Positions 11,346-22,176 of a stretch of DNA of 60,358 nucleotides are shown here, piece by piece. The stretch is from IMG/VR virus record IMGVR_UViG_3300023179_000114, positions 1 to 60,358 of that record; one strand, 5' to 3'. The notes under the pieces are model-generated. The model was not told the DNA's origin and made no database searches. It worked only from the letters and a program-made list of their open reading frames with translations. The position numbers were made by a program, and so were the translations under genes. The first letter of the stretch is position 1. The number at the start of each line of letters is the position of its first letter. This DNA comes from a virus (lineage: Duplodnaviria > Caudoviricetes).

Positions 11346-12356
11346 TTATAATGAACCTAATAAAACACGACGATTATCTAGAACCGCAAATCCTAATTCT
11401 GCCCAGCCGTAGAACCCGGCTCGTTTCTGACGGTGAAGAGTTTCGTCTTCAAAAATCTGAACTTCTTGACGAATTGGCATAACGAAACTGTCGTTCTTGC
11501 GAAGATCAAGACCAACGACAATTTCAGTATCACTAGCTGGTAGTGCAGCACCAAGTGTGCTGCTATAAAATAGCTGATACTCTTGACCAACACCTAGTTC
11601 GTCTAGATCATGAAGATTAACACTAAATACTCTGTTAAGAGTACCATCAGCGGCAGTATAGATCTCTCTGCGAGTGATTTCGTCAACCTGATCGATTCCC
11701 CAGTTACGGATATCTTCCATAGCTTCTGGAGAAACATAAAGATCTGTTAACATGCCTCTGTTGTTGCTAGTAGAATTACCGCCACCATTTCGTCTCATTA
11801 CTGTTTTCATAAGACTAACTAGTCTCTTGGTAAACTGACTAGCATTAGCATCACTATCATAGACAACAATGTTACGATCAACACCAGCTGCTAATAGTGT
11901 GTGCCAACCATCATCATTCATTTTCTTAACAAAACTAGCTTCTAGAACCTCCATAGCACGACCGACTACATCCCAACGAGCATCACGAGCATACTTTAGG
12001 AGATAGTCAATGCTGGCGCCAACATCATAGGTTGGAACCATAACATAATCGCCCTCGACATGACGTTCTGGAATATAACCGTGGTTAGGAATTGTGTAGG
12101 CCACAAAATCCTTTTCTGTACCAGGAGCTAGAAAATCAAGGGGAAACTCTGGGGTGGCACTTTGATCGAGCTTAACTGGCTCAAAGATACCATTTAGAAT
12201 ATCTCCGTTTAAAATACCCTGACGAAGAGGTAGTTCAAGAGCTTTGGCAAATTCGGCATTAGCTGCTAAAGCAACCTCTCTTTGGGCGCTACCTGAGCGT
12301 TTTAGTAGATCACTAAGCTCGGGTGTTGGTTGAAATCTTTCAGTTTTAGCTGACAT
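11346..12356 (-). CDS. Major capsid protein
   Basis: 336 aa, follows protease/scaffold and decoration genes, C-terminal GFYGWAELGFAVLD pattern, strong GGAG RBS. Confidence 0.8.
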   Translation of the reverse strand: MSAKTERFQPTPELSDLLKRSGSAQREVALAANAEFAKALELPLRQGILNGDILNGIFEPVKLDQSATPEFPLDFLAPGTEKDFVAYTIPNHGYIPERHVEGDYVMVPTYDVGASIDYLLKYARDARWDVVGRAMEVLEASFVKKMNDDGWHTLLAAGVDRNIVVYDSDANASQFTKRLVSLMKTVMRRNGGGNSTSNNRGMLTDLYVSPEAMEDIRNWGIDQVDEITRREIYTAADGTLNRVFSVNLHDLDELGVGQEYQLFYSSTLGAALPASDTEIVVGLDLRKNDSFVMPIRQEVQIFEDETLHRQKRAGFYGWAELGFAVLDNRRVLLGSL

Positions 12357-12376
12357 ATTATTTTTCTCCGTTTAAA

Positions 12377-12835
12377 TTAAAGGTTAACTGATACTTTAGC
12401 ATAACCGTCAGTGTCTTTACCGCTCAAGAACTGACCGATTTTAACACTATTGGTACTACTTGTACCAATTAAACCACTAACACCAACATAAGCATCCACA
12501 CCAGCGGATGGAGTAATGCCAGCAACAAGCATGTTTGTGGTGACTTGGCCTTGACGTAGCAAAGTGACCTTACCACCAACTTGAGTCTCATCTTTGTGCC
12601 AGTTAATATGCTGACGAGTAAGATCAAGATTCACAACATCATTTAGAAGAACGCCGAGAGGACGAGCGCCAGATACAGTAGCAGCATAAGATACAACAGC
12701 GTTAGCATCATCCACAGATACGCCAACTCCTGTTGTTGCTGTAACAGCACTAACAACGCCACCACGCTCGGCAACAGTATTCATGAAAAAAGAAATATCT
12801 GTTTTGTGTTCGATACGATCAGATTTTAGAGCCAT
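12377..12835 (-). CDS. Head decoration/cement protein
   Basis: Gly/Val-rich 152 aa between scaffold and capsid genes. Confidence 0.6.
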   Translation of the reverse strand: MALKSDRIEHKTDISFFMNTVAERGGVVSAVTATTGVGVSVDDANAVVSYAATVSGARPLGVLLNDVVNLDLTRQHINWHKDETQVGGKVTLLRQGQVTTNMLVAGITPSAGVDAYVGVSGLIGTSSTNSVKIGQFLSGKDTDGYAKVSVNL

Positions 12836-12854
12836 TTTATTTCTCCGTTAAAGA

Positions 12855-14480
12855 TTACTTAGTTTTTTTACCTAATTTACTATAAACAAATTGAACAAGA
12901 GCCGCACGAGTGGAGTCCTCTTCGTCAGAAGAGTCCGAGCCAACTGTGATATCAACAACGTTTTCTGTCTCTACAGAATCTAAATCAGAAGAAGTTACCT
13001 TGATTTTGTCTTTTTTTGTTGCTTCTTCTGTTTCATCTGTATTTTTAGCAGCTTCTGTTGTTGTCTCTTCTGATGCTTTCATTTTGGTTTTAACAGAATC
13101 TTCTGTTTTTGTTTTAACAGCAGCAAAAAGAGTGGCCATAGCATCAAAAGCTTCATCTTCAAGAGATGAGAATTTTTCAACAAAAGCAACAGCGGCATCC
13201 TCTTCTACTCCATTGTCAACTAGAGCAGCTTTTCTTTTGTTCATTTTTTCTTTTTTAGCCATTTCTTCTTCTTTAGTCTTGTATGCAGCCACAGTTTCTG
13301 TAGCAGCATCAAGTTCGGCTTTCATTTTCTTCATCTCTTCATCTTTTTGCTTAATCTCTTCTTCTTTGACAGCAATAGCTTCTGAAAGTTCTGAGATACG
13401 AGCTTCTAAAGATGTTTGGAGAGCAACAAGCTCTTCTGATGCGGCGACTTTGTTATCTTCGATTTCTTTATTCATAGCAATTTCTCTTTCTTTAAATTCG
13501 TTCGTTTGAGTTTGTAATTGAGCTTGTAGAGAGCTATTCTCTTCTTTTAATGAATTAACAGACGCATTAGCTTCGGCTACAGCCTCCTGACAGGAGGTTT
13601 CCATAGCCACCAATTTATTCTTGATTTCTGTTACCTCTTGCTGTACACTCATATCATAATTCTCCATGTTATCATTAGATCGAATAGTAATTACACCTAA
13701 ATTTAAAAAATCTTCATTTTTTTCTAGAGTTTTATTGGATGTTTTTTCTTCAAATAAACTTTTTGTAAAAATTATACTATCTTCATTAGCTGGTTTGTCA
13801 ACAAAACCTTTGCCTGTAAAAGTAATATTTCTTAAAACTCTACCAATTTTATATTCGTTATTTTCTCCTCTTCCTCCGTATGCTTTTAAATATTTTGTTA
13901 AATATGCAGTATCGCTATTTCTACTCAATATTTTATATTCATTAGTTCGTTTATTAATAATACCATAATCAAAACCCTTAAATAAGCATTCCATACTTAC
14001 AAATTTAGTACCATTTTGTATTTCTGATATTAATTTATCGGCCCGTTCTTTTAGTTCGGGATCGGTAAAAGCTTTATAGATAACAGAACCAGTTAAGATA
14101 TGAAATTTATCTGGTAAATTTTCTACAGGAGTCTCTGGATCTATTAGAACTCCTTCTTTAGTAATTGGCCAATTCGAAATAATATGGCCAACAATCAAAC
14201 TTTCATTGTGCTCTAGATTGGTTGGCTTATGAGTTGGTGTATTTTTGGCTTCCCAAACTTCATACTTATCAAATATATCATCGTTTTTATTCCAATTAGA
14301 ACTAACTAAAATAGATTGTACATAATATAGATCGTTATCATCATATGACGCCAGACTTTTAAAGTATTTGCTAGAAGTATTAAATTGACAAGGTTCAGCA
14401 ACAGAAGCATAAGATACTGAAGAAGAAGCCAATATTTTTTTAGCTACTCCATCTTCTTGTTCTTGATCATATATAATCAT
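12855..14480 (-). CDS. Prohead protease-scaffold fusion
   Basis: N-domain NKNDD.F...NLEH...VSMEC...TFTGKGFVDKPAN; C-terminal Glu/Lys/Ala coiled coil. Confidence 0.7.
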   Translation of the reverse strand: MIIYDQEQEDGVAKKILASSSVSYASVAEPCQFNTSSKYFKSLASYDDNDLYYVQSILVSSNWNKNDDIFDKYEVWEAKNTPTHKPTNLEHNESLIVGHIISNWPITKEGVLIDPETPVENLPDKFHILTGSVIYKAFTDPELKERADKLISEIQNGTKFVSMECLFKGFDYGIINKRTNEYKILSRNSDTAYLTKYLKAYGGRGENNEYKIGRVLRNITFTGKGFVDKPANEDSIIFTKSLFEEKTSNKTLEKNEDFLNLGVITIRSNDNMENYDMSVQQEVTEIKNKLVAMETSCQEAVAEANASVNSLKEENSSLQAQLQTQTNEFKEREIAMNKEIEDNKVAASEELVALQTSLEARISELSEAIAVKEEEIKQKDEEMKKMKAELDAATETVAAYKTKEEEMAKKEKMNKRKAALVDNGVEEDAAVAFVEKFSSLEDEAFDAMATLFAAVKTKTEDSVKTKMKASEETTTEAAKNTDETEEATKKDKIKVTSSDLDSVETENVVDITVGSDSSDEEDSTRAALVQFVYSKLGKKTK

Positions 14481-14509
14481 ATTTTAGGCCTTTTTAGAAA
14501 TAAAGGTGA

Positions 14510-16708
14510 TTAACTATAGTCATACACCATAGAATAAAAAGAGGCTTTTGCTTGTTTAGTTTCTTCTACCGTTAAATCTCTAGATATTTCATGTTTCAGA
14601 TCAGATAGCCATTTATAGAAACTCTTTGTTATTTCATTAGAAGAAAGATCTATAGATTCTATTATATAGTCCGAATTAATTTTAGAAAAAGGATTAGTAT
14701 TAAATAATATATTAGTTTTAATTTGTTCTAACATATCATGTTCAATATTAGATAAAGAACGTAAATTTTTCTTATTAAAATATTCAAGAATTAATGGATT
14801 TATGATATCGCTTATTTGGTCTTGTGCAGATGAGCACCATAGTTGGAGTTTTGCTCCTGTTTGTGGCGAAAAAGTTTTAGTTTTGCGTTTTTCTTTATCT
14901 TTAGATAATTTGGGGCGTCCTTCTCCTGGTTCTCCTGGCAACGAATCCGCAGACGGATCGTTAGCCATCTTGGTATTTAATTGAGGCTTAGTTTGGTCTT
15001 TTTTCATATCTAAGACTGTTTGTTCTCCTGGTTTTTTCTTTGGAAGATCTAGTCCTACTTGGCTTGGGGTTACTAGTCCTAATTGCAAAGACATCTTTTT
15101 TAATGAATTTTCAAACTGAGGATCATGCCAAGGACCAGCTTTCTTTATCATTCTATCAGATTCCCTTTCTCTTTTTTCTCTATTGAGTCTAGATTTTTCC
15201 ATATCTGGATCAAAACCAAAACGAGTTTGTAATAATTCATCACTAATAAGATTTCTGTCTGCTAATTGTACCAATAGTGCTTTTTCACTATCTTCATTAC
15301 TTAAATCCATTCTATCAAATTCTATTTTAGCTGGATATCTAAAGCCCATAGCCTTTTGTACTGATTCTATCTCTTGTTCCCAAAATTTAATGAGAGTATC
15401 TCTACCATACTGTAATCTTTGAGTAAGTGTTTTTAAGCTAATAAAATTATTTGTAGTACCGGCGGCTCCGAATGTTCCTGTTAAGGTAGGAGGAATACCT
15501 AGTCCTGCATATATACTATTTAAATGTGGAGTATACTTACCTTCTCCAAGAAAGTTATGAACATTTGTATTGCTTTCTAATAGCTCTATGTCTGGACCCC
15601 AAACCAAATCCATTGTGCCTCCTCCAACATTATTACCTAAAATCTGAGCAAGTTTCGCTGTTGCCGCTTTGGTTGGGGCTATTTTATGTTCTAGGCTACC
15701 TAGTTTAAAAATTCTAATATTACTAATGGCGCCGTCAAGGGCTGCCATATCTGCTAATTTTAATTTTTCTATAACTGTTATATCGTCCATAATAGCATAA
15801 ATCATAGGATAGGCCCAGCTTTGCCAATCGTCTTTTTTATAATGAAAAACAATAGTCTTATTCGGGTCTAACGGAAAAGCTTTTCTACTTTTTGCTGCTT
15901 GTACTATTGCCTCTGGAAGTAAATCAACCACTTCTTTTTCTGCGGAGGTTTTGGGACTATTAATAATTTTTCTTAAAGATGCTGGAAGAATTAATTCGTA
16001 TCTTTTATCGCTCACAAATGAAGACAACGAACCAGCCGCACATTCAACGTACACAGGATCTATAAAAGTATATCTCCAAGGAATTTCTTTTTTTTCTACA
16101 ATAATATTATCTATATCTTTAATTTGTAAATCTGGAGAGCCCAAGCTTTTATAAAGATTTTCTGTAACCTTTATGCTAATTTTACCTGTTTGCTTATGAA
16201 TAATAATATTACCTGTTTTGTATAAATTGTTCAAAAATCTTTCACTACGATCTTTGCCATTAATTTTTTTGAACCATGTCCGATAGAATCTTTCTATTCT
16301 TTTATTTTTATGTACTAATTTAATTCCTTGTACTGCAAAATCACCCATGAGATCAATAACATTCTTTACCAAACCTACTCTTTGATAAATCTCATCTGCT
16401 CTGCGTATAATCAGTTTGATTTTCTTAGGAACCGCTTCGTCTGGTCGAAAAGCATAATAATCACTAGTAGTAAAACCGGGTCTGCTACCTGTATTTCCAT
16501 CCAAACGAGAAAAATCCATACTATATCTACGACCACCAACGTACGAAGCTGATGAGTTTTGTATACCAGTATATTCATCTAAAGATTCTGATGATTTTTT
16601 AAGAGCCTCTTGTTTGCTAGAAAGATCGTCTCCCCAAGCAACATAGGCATCTTCAGGAATTGATGATTTATTTGATAATATTTCGTCTTTGGTTGGTTTT
16701 CTGGGCAT
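14510..16708 (-). CDS. Portal protein
   Basis: 732 aa between terminase and protease; AGLGIPP, IEFDRMDL patterns; assigned by synteny. Confidence 0.75.
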   Translation of the reverse strand: MPRKPTKDEILSNKSSIPEDAYVAWGDDLSSKQEALKKSSESLDEYTGIQNSSASYVGGRRYSMDFSRLDGNTGSRPGFTTSDYYAFRPDEAVPKKIKLIIRRADEIYQRVGLVKNVIDLMGDFAVQGIKLVHKNKRIERFYRTWFKKINGKDRSERFLNNLYKTGNIIIHKQTGKISIKVTENLYKSLGSPDLQIKDIDNIIVEKKEIPWRYTFIDPVYVECAAGSLSSFVSDKRYELILPASLRKIINSPKTSAEKEVVDLLPEAIVQAAKSRKAFPLDPNKTIVFHYKKDDWQSWAYPMIYAIMDDITVIEKLKLADMAALDGAISNIRIFKLGSLEHKIAPTKAATAKLAQILGNNVGGGTMDLVWGPDIELLESNTNVHNFLGEGKYTPHLNSIYAGLGIPPTLTGTFGAAGTTNNFISLKTLTQRLQYGRDTLIKFWEQEIESVQKAMGFRYPAKIEFDRMDLSNEDSEKALLVQLADRNLISDELLQTRFGFDPDMEKSRLNREKRERESDRMIKKAGPWHDPQFENSLKKMSLQLGLVTPSQVGLDLPKKKPGEQTVLDMKKDQTKPQLNTKMANDPSADSLPGEPGEGRPKLSKDKEKRKTKTFSPQTGAKLQLWCSSAQDQISDIINPLILEYFNKKNLRSLSNIEHDMLEQIKTNILFNTNPFSKINSDYIIESIDLSSNEITKSFYKWLSDLKHEISRDLTVEETKQAKASFYSMVYDYS

Positions 16709-16774
16709 AAGGTATTCTTACTATAATTGAAACGGTAATTGAATTAGATTGTAATATGTAGAATAATACACATT

Positions 16775-19700
16775 TTATCGATAAATACCTGTATAAATAT
16801 CGTCATCTCCATTAACAACAGACGTGAACCATTCGGGCCCTTTGTATAGTTGAGAATCTGAAGATCCTATTAAGTCTTTAGAGTTGCCTCCTACTACATC
16901 GTAATCCAATGGTTGCAATGTTCTATGTAGTTGTCTAGCTATCATATTAGCTATTAATAAAGAGCTATATCTATCTTTTCTTAATCTGCCCTTTTTACCA
17001 TTAGGTAATTTAACTTCTGGAGTATCCCATCTATCTCTAGCATTTGGTCCTGTGCTAGTTTGAGTCATAACAATAGTTGTTAATTCATTTTTTAGTTCTT
17101 CTATCTCTAAAATACATTCACTTAAGCTATCATAAAGTGGATTCAAATCAGATTCTATTATATTTTTGCCTTCTTGTTCCATAGCTAATCCTAATGTTAA
17201 ATTATCAAAATGTGGAAATAATAGCGTCTTATCTTCAAAATCTTTTCTTAAGCCATGATTAGCTTGGCTGGTCCAATCGGCCTTAGCAAATTGTACTAAT
17301 TCTAAAATATGCAGACCTTGTTGAGAATCAGTGTCTTTGTTTTTGTCATAATTAATAATAGGCCATATTAATTGCTCATTCTCTTTTAGTTTAGCCGGAT
17401 CGTGTAATGATTCTTCTATAGCTACTCCTCCTCCTTGGGCATCCATCCCTATACGAATAGGAGGAAAAGTTTTCATTAAATCTCGTATTTTTCTAGCACA
17501 AAAACTATAAAAATCATGTTCTGTTGCTAATCCAATTTTTTGTCTTTCTTTAAAATTAGTACGATTAGTAGCCCAACAATAAACTATACGAGAATGAGAA
17601 GGATGAACTTCTAAAATTACAATACTAAAATTATCTTGCTCACTAGCGGGATCTACGCCATATACATAGTGACAAGCTGGATCTCCTTTGGTCATAGCAT
17701 TAAACATAACTGGTTTATTATTAATAATAATAGGATGAGTGTCTTGTACAACACAACTCTCTATTAAGCTTCTTCTAAAGAATCCTTGACTATCATTAAC
17801 AAAACAAGCAGCATATTCCATATTATATATACCAGCATGAATAGTAGCTTTGGCTCTACTTACTTGTTTGTCATCCATAAAGCCTTTAGGAATTAACTCA
17901 TAAGGAATACGAATAATGCTATAATCTTTCCAATTAAAATTACTTGGTACTTCTCCACCAAACACATCTTCTAATTTTTTGATATCTCCTTTGCTTTCTA
18001 TAATGCTTTTGTATCTTTTCCAATAATTAGCAAAATGCTTAAACCCATAATCAGCTGTGCCACTAATAACAGCTTGATTATTCATTTTTTTAGAAATTGT
18101 ATCTAAATCATCTTGCCAAACCCCAGCTTCTTTCATAGCTAATCTTTTAGCTTCATTCTTTACATTCTGAATAGGACTAGCGCTAACAGCAGCGAATCCC
18201 GATACAACTGTTTCATAAATATCTGGAGAGATACTACTAAACTCATCTGCTAAAATAATATGAGCACGCAAACCTCTAATTTTATCCCCATTTCCTAATG
18301 GGATAGCAATAGCCCAGCTATCTCCTAATCTTAAAGTACATCTATCAACATCTCGTCGTGGTCCATCTTCTCCTCCACTAAAAATACTACGTAAAATAGG
18401 ACTATTTTTCCATATATTCTCCATATACTCAAAAATAATTTTACTTTGTCTAAAGGCAGCACCAACAATAACCACCTTGGTCCCGGGATAAAAACTGCAT
18501 CTTAATACAGCATATAATGCTAGTAAAAATGAATTATGAGTTACTATATAATCTTTAGTTATATATGTTTTATCAGCATTATCGACACTAATACAATATC
18601 CTTCCCCTTTTCCTATATATTCTATATTAGTAATAAATACTTTATTATACTTGGAAGAACCCTGCTTAGAAATAGGATGTTCTAAATAATTGTTTAGTTT
18701 TCTAGATAGGCTAAAGATTGGAGTTTTTGTATAAATAGTTACAGTATTATAATCTGCATATCTTTTACCATTAAACCAAGATTCTCTAATAGAATGCTTA
18801 CAATGCAGACCCACTGATCTTGCTACGTTCAAAAAGTCTTTACATAATTGTGTAGATACTGTTGAATAAACTATATTCGATCTTTTAGCCGTACCATCAG
18901 TATCCATTAATCCTCTAATAAGTTCGAGTTTTTGATTATATGATGAGTATTGGTATGCTTGTGGTATGAATTTGGTATGAGAATTACTTGGAAACAAACC
19001 AAGTTGTTCTAATAGTTTGTGGAAAGATAGTAGTTTTTTATCTTTTTTATTAATTCTATATTTTAAATTACCATAACTTTTTAAGTAATACCCATCTGGC
19101 AATAAAGACTGTACTTTATCTATTATTTCTTGATCTTTACTAGTAATTATTATTCCTGAGGTTGTCATACCTCCATCTCCTAGCAATACTCCTAAAACGT
19201 AAGGATGGATAATTAGATCTTGTTCTTGTTCTTCTAATAAAGGTTTATTAACTGGTAATGCGTATCTATACTCTTTGCCATTACTTTTAGCTCCTATTCT
19301 ATTCCAAACATAACTATCAATCATTTGTTTAGTAGTTAACTCTGACCAAATTTCTGTATTTTTTTTACGATTATTATTTTTGTCCCAAACTTTCCACATA
19401 TGGTCTTCACAACATTCTATAGATCTACCGTCTCTCAAAGTTATTCTATACATATTGACATTAAACTGTTTTTCTGTTTTAGATATTACATTAGTTAATT
19501 TACCATCAGAACCATATACCTTATCTCCTATTTGTATATCTTCCATAGTTTTCCAACCGTCTTTAACTCTTATTAATTCATTAGATCTTAATAATTTACT
19601 GAATCCTCGACTTCCAATTAACATAGGAAAAGGCCTATTCCATATCTCTTGTAAGACTAACATCTGCATAGGATGTAGTTCTATATTAAATAATAGCTTA

Positions 19701-19870
19701 CATGTTGATCCCAAGTATTTAGGATCTCTTAATAATCTTATGAGATGCAAATCAGGATTCTCTATGTCTGCTTTATTTCTATGAATCATAGGATTATTAG
19801 AAAGATCTAACTTTGATAGATCTCCTAATCCTAGCCAAGCGTCATCAAATTGGTGTGAACTATTAATCAT
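16775..19870 (-). CDS. terL: Terminase large subunit (intein-containing)
   Basis: Walker A GSRGFSK|S, GDKIRGLRAHIILADE (Walker B), GVDPA nuclease motif, KDRYS. Confidence 0.92.
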   Translation of the reverse strand: MINSSHQFDDAWLGLGDLSKLDLSNNPMIHRNKADIENPDLHLIRLLRDPKYLGSTCKLLFNIELHPMQMLVLQEIWNRPFPMLIGSRGFSKLLRSNELIRVKDGWKTMEDIQIGDKVYGSDGKLTNVISKTEKQFNVNMYRITLRDGRSIECCEDHMWKVWDKNNNRKKNTEIWSELTTKQMIDSYVWNRIGAKSNGKEYRYALPVNKPLLEEQEQDLIIHPYVLGVLLGDGGMTTSGIIITSKDQEIIDKVQSLLPDGYYLKSYGNLKYRINKKDKKLLSFHKLLEQLGLFPSNSHTKFIPQAYQYSSYNQKLELIRGLMDTDGTAKRSNIVYSTVSTQLCKDFLNVARSVGLHCKHSIRESWFNGKRYADYNTVTIYTKTPIFSLSRKLNNYLEHPISKQGSSKYNKVFITNIEYIGKGEGYCISVDNADKTYITKDYIVTHNSFLLALYAVLRCSFYPGTKVVIVGAAFRQSKIIFEYMENIWKNSPILRSIFSGGEDGPRRDVDRCTLRLGDSWAIAIPLGNGDKIRGLRAHIILADEFSSISPDIYETVVSGFAAVSASPIQNVKNEAKRLAMKEAGVWQDDLDTISKKMNNQAVISGTADYGFKHFANYWKRYKSIIESKGDIKKLEDVFGGEVPSNFNWKDYSIIRIPYELIPKGFMDDKQVSRAKATIHAGIYNMEYAACFVNDSQGFFRRSLIESCVVQDTHPIIINNKPVMFNAMTKGDPACHYVYGVDPASEQDNFSIVILEVHPSHSRIVYCWATNRTNFKERQKIGLATEHDFYSFCARKIRDLMKTFPPIRIGMDAQGGGVAIEESLHDPAKLKENEQLIWPIINYDKNKDTDSQQGLHILELVQFAKADWTSQANHGLRKDFEDKTLLFPHFDNLTLGLAMEQEGKNIIESDLNPLYDSLSECILEIEELKNELTTIVMTQTSTGPNARDRWDTPEVKLPNGKKGRLRKDRYSSLLIANMIARQLHRTLQPLDYDVVGGNSKDLIGSSDSQLYKGPEWFTSVVNGDDDIYTGIYR
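18533..19594 (-). mobile_element. Class-3 intein (354 aa) with LAGLIDADG endonuclease inserted in the TerL Walker A motif
   Basis: Starts LLRSNE..., block B CCEDHMW, LGVLLGDG and LIRGLMDTDG, block F YCISVD, ends VTHN followed by Ser+1. Confidence 0.9.
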
Positions 19871-20442
19871 TAGCTATTTTCTTTAATCTTTAATCGACGA
19901 GAAGTTTTAATAGCCCGAGATACTATTAAAGAAGCTACAGATTCTATATAAGGAAGATGTCTTTTTGCACTTTCTTCTTTTAGCCAACCTAGAATAGTAG
20001 GCATATTATTTTCGCACCAATCAGCACCTTTTTCGTTCATCTCTATAGCATGTCTCCTACAAGAACAGTTTGGGGTACTTTTAATACCCATAGTACTAAT
20101 CATATTAGTTAATATAGTTCCTGGGCCATTAGGATCTTCTTCTAAGGTTTTGGGAAATTTTTCTCTTAGTTTTTGAGCAGTATTTTCTTTAATTAGATCA
20201 TAAAATAAAGCTTGTATTACCGATCTAGTAAAGTCTCCTAATTTTTCATAATCTATACCAGAAGCTACAACGAAAGAACCAGGAATGTTTCTAACTGTAG
20301 CGGAAACTATTTTAGATGCTGGATTATCGTGATAAGTAACATCTAAAAAATCCATAGCTATTGCTGGAGGATTTACTATCTTATTAGTATTAGGATCAGT
20401 ATAGGCTGGTGGATAGATATAAATAGTTTGTTCGAGTTTCAT
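19870..20442 (-). CDS. Hypothetical protein with C-terminal GPGT...CSC...WC domain
   Basis: ORF abutting the terL start. Confidence 0.7.
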   Translation of the reverse strand: MKLEQTIYIYPPAYTDPNTNKIVNPPAIAMDFLDVTYHDNPASKIVSATVRNIPGSFVVASGIDYEKLGDFTRSVIQALFYDLIKENTAQKLREKFPKTLEEDPNGPGTILTNMISTMGIKSTPNCSCRRHAIEMNEKGADWCENNMPTILGWLKEESAKRHLPYIESVASLIVSRAIKTSRRLKIKENS

Positions 20443-20443
20443 T

Positions 20444-20920
20444 TTATGGTTCCTTTGTTTGAGAAGTTAATAAATGGATCTTTTTAATAATATATTCCGC
20501 TATCTTTTCTGCATTAGAGCTATTATTACAAAATAATACTTTAATATTGTGTTTAAGTTGCCAATCTAAAATATTCTTCATAAGAAATGCTGGGGTAATT
20601 TTTATTTTATCCCACAGTCTTTTAGGAAGATTGGATCCCACAGGATAGTTTAATACTTCTGTCATTCCAAACTCTAATAACAAAAATGAATATTTGCATT
20701 GGGCCAAGCGTGCTATAGCATCTTTAAATCGTGGTTCCACAATATTATTTGCCACCTCGTTAATACTCTTTTTTCTTTCTATCGCAAAAATATTTTGTAG
20801 TCCTTCGATACTATAGTCTCCAGCATCAAGTTTTTTATGAGCCGTAGTATATTCTTGAAAATTCCAGGGCTGTTGTTCTCTTGTATCTATTATTATAGTA
20901 AAATCTTCATCTGTTGTCAT
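20444..20920 (-). CDS. ERCC4-domain nuclease
   Basis: IIIDTREQ.PW...LDAGDYS...IERKKS. Confidence 0.85.
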   Translation of the reverse strand: MTTDEDFTIIIDTREQQPWNFQEYTTAHKKLDAGDYSIEGLQNIFAIERKKSINEVANNIVEPRFKDAIARLAQCKYSFLLLEFGMTEVLNYPVGSNLPKRLWDKIKITPAFLMKNILDWQLKHNIKVLFCNNSSNAEKIAEYIIKKIHLLTSQTKEP

Positions 20921-21188
20921 CTGTATTTTTCTTATCTTTTATTATTTTAAAAAAAACCGCTTCATAGTAGCTTTCATTACCGTGTATTAAAGAATGATGA
21001 GTTTTGCATAATAATAAGCCATTATCAATATGGTATCTTAATCCTGCGCTATCACTCCATCTTTTAATATGATGAACTTGTAATTTTTTTGATGCTTTAC
21101 ACCCTGGCCACTGACAAACTCCCTTATCTCTTTTTCTAACTTCTTTTCTCCATTGTTTATATTGTGGGTCATTATAATCTCTAAACAT
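20907..21188 (-). CDS. HNH endonuclease (possibly packaging-associated)
   Basis: RDKGVCQWPGC...VHHI...NGLLLCKTHH; start placed at MFRDY. Confidence 0.85.
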   Translation of the reverse strand: MFRDYNDPQYKQWRKEVRKRDKGVCQWPGCKASKKLQVHHIKRWSDSAGLRYHIDNGLLLCKTHHSLIHGNESYYEAVFFKIIKDKKNTDDNR

Positions 21189-22176
21189 AAATACTATAGT
21201 TTTTAATATCGTATCGCACCATTTCATTTACCAATTCGTGAAAAGTGGTTTCCGGAGTCCACCCTAAAACTTTTTGTGCTTTAGAATTTCGCCCACATAA
21301 ATAATCAACTTCTGCTGGTCTATATAAAGTTGAATCTATTTCTACATACTTTGTATAATCCAAGTCTACAATTTCAAATGCTTTTTTTACAAAATCTAGT
21401 ACTTTGTGCGTTTCTCCAGTACATACAACATAATCATCAGGATGATCCTGTTGTAACATAAGATACATAGCTTTTACATAGTCTTTGGAGTGTCCCCAAT
21501 CTCTATATGCTTGTAAATTCCCTAGTTTTAAAGTTTCATTTGTTTTATTATTAATTAATTGCCCAATATATTTTGTTACTTTACGAGTTAAAAAGTTTTC
21601 TCCCCTACGAGGACCTTCATGATTAAATAATATGCCTGAACAAGCAAAAACATTATAAGCTTCACGATATATTCTTACCAAATTATGAGCTGCTACTTTG
21701 CTTACAGCATACGGACTTTGAGGGGCCAAACTTGTATTTTCGTCCTGGTATTTATTATTAAATTGATCAATATCATAATTTTTACCAAACATTTCACTAG
21801 TACTAGCCTGATAAAATTTTGTTGCAGAAGATGTGGTTTTTATGCTGTCTAAAATATATAAAACACCATTAGTATTAACATTAAATGTGCTAACTGGCTG
21901 ATCAAAACTAGTGGCCACATGACTCATAGCGGCCAAATTGTAAAATTCGTCAGGCTGATATTTTTTAATAATGCTATATATACTATGGGGGTCTGTGAGA
22001 TCAAATTCTAAAAGAGTTAAATTTTTATTATTAATTAAATGGTATATTCTTTCAAAGTGTAGTGAGCTGCTACGACGATATAAGCCTAAAACTTTATAGT
22101 CTTTACTTAATAGTAATTCGCTTAGATAGCTTCCGTCCTGACCTGTTATTCCTGTTATTATAGCAGTTTTACTCAT
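21181..22176 (-). CDS. gmd: GDP-mannose 4,6-dehydratase
   Basis: ITGITGQDGSYL, YNLAAMSHV, FYQASTSEMFG, PYAVSK, GILFNHE, RDWGH. Confidence 0.95.
   Translation of the reverse strand: MSKTAIITGITGQDGSYLSELLLSKDYKVLGLYRRSSSLHFERIYHLINNKNLTLLEFDLTDPHSIYSIIKKYQPDEFYNLAAMSHVATSFDQPVSTFNVNTNGVLYILDSIKTTSSATKFYQASTSEMFGKNYDIDQFNNKYQDENTSLAPQSPYAVSKVAAHNLVRIYREAYNVFACSGILFNHEGPRRGENFLTRKVTKYIGQLINNKTNETLKLGNLQAYRDWGHSKDYVKAMYLMLQQDHPDDYVVCTGETHKVLDFVKKAFEIVDLDYTKYVEIDSTLYRPAEVDYLCGRNSKAQKVLGWTPETTFHELVNEMVRYDIKNYSIYV

Noticed and set aside
5481-19784. Plus-strand ORFs over structural genes (e.g. 5481, 12910, 13666, 19380)
   Set aside because: They lie opposite well-supported minus-strand genes, with shadow-like composition
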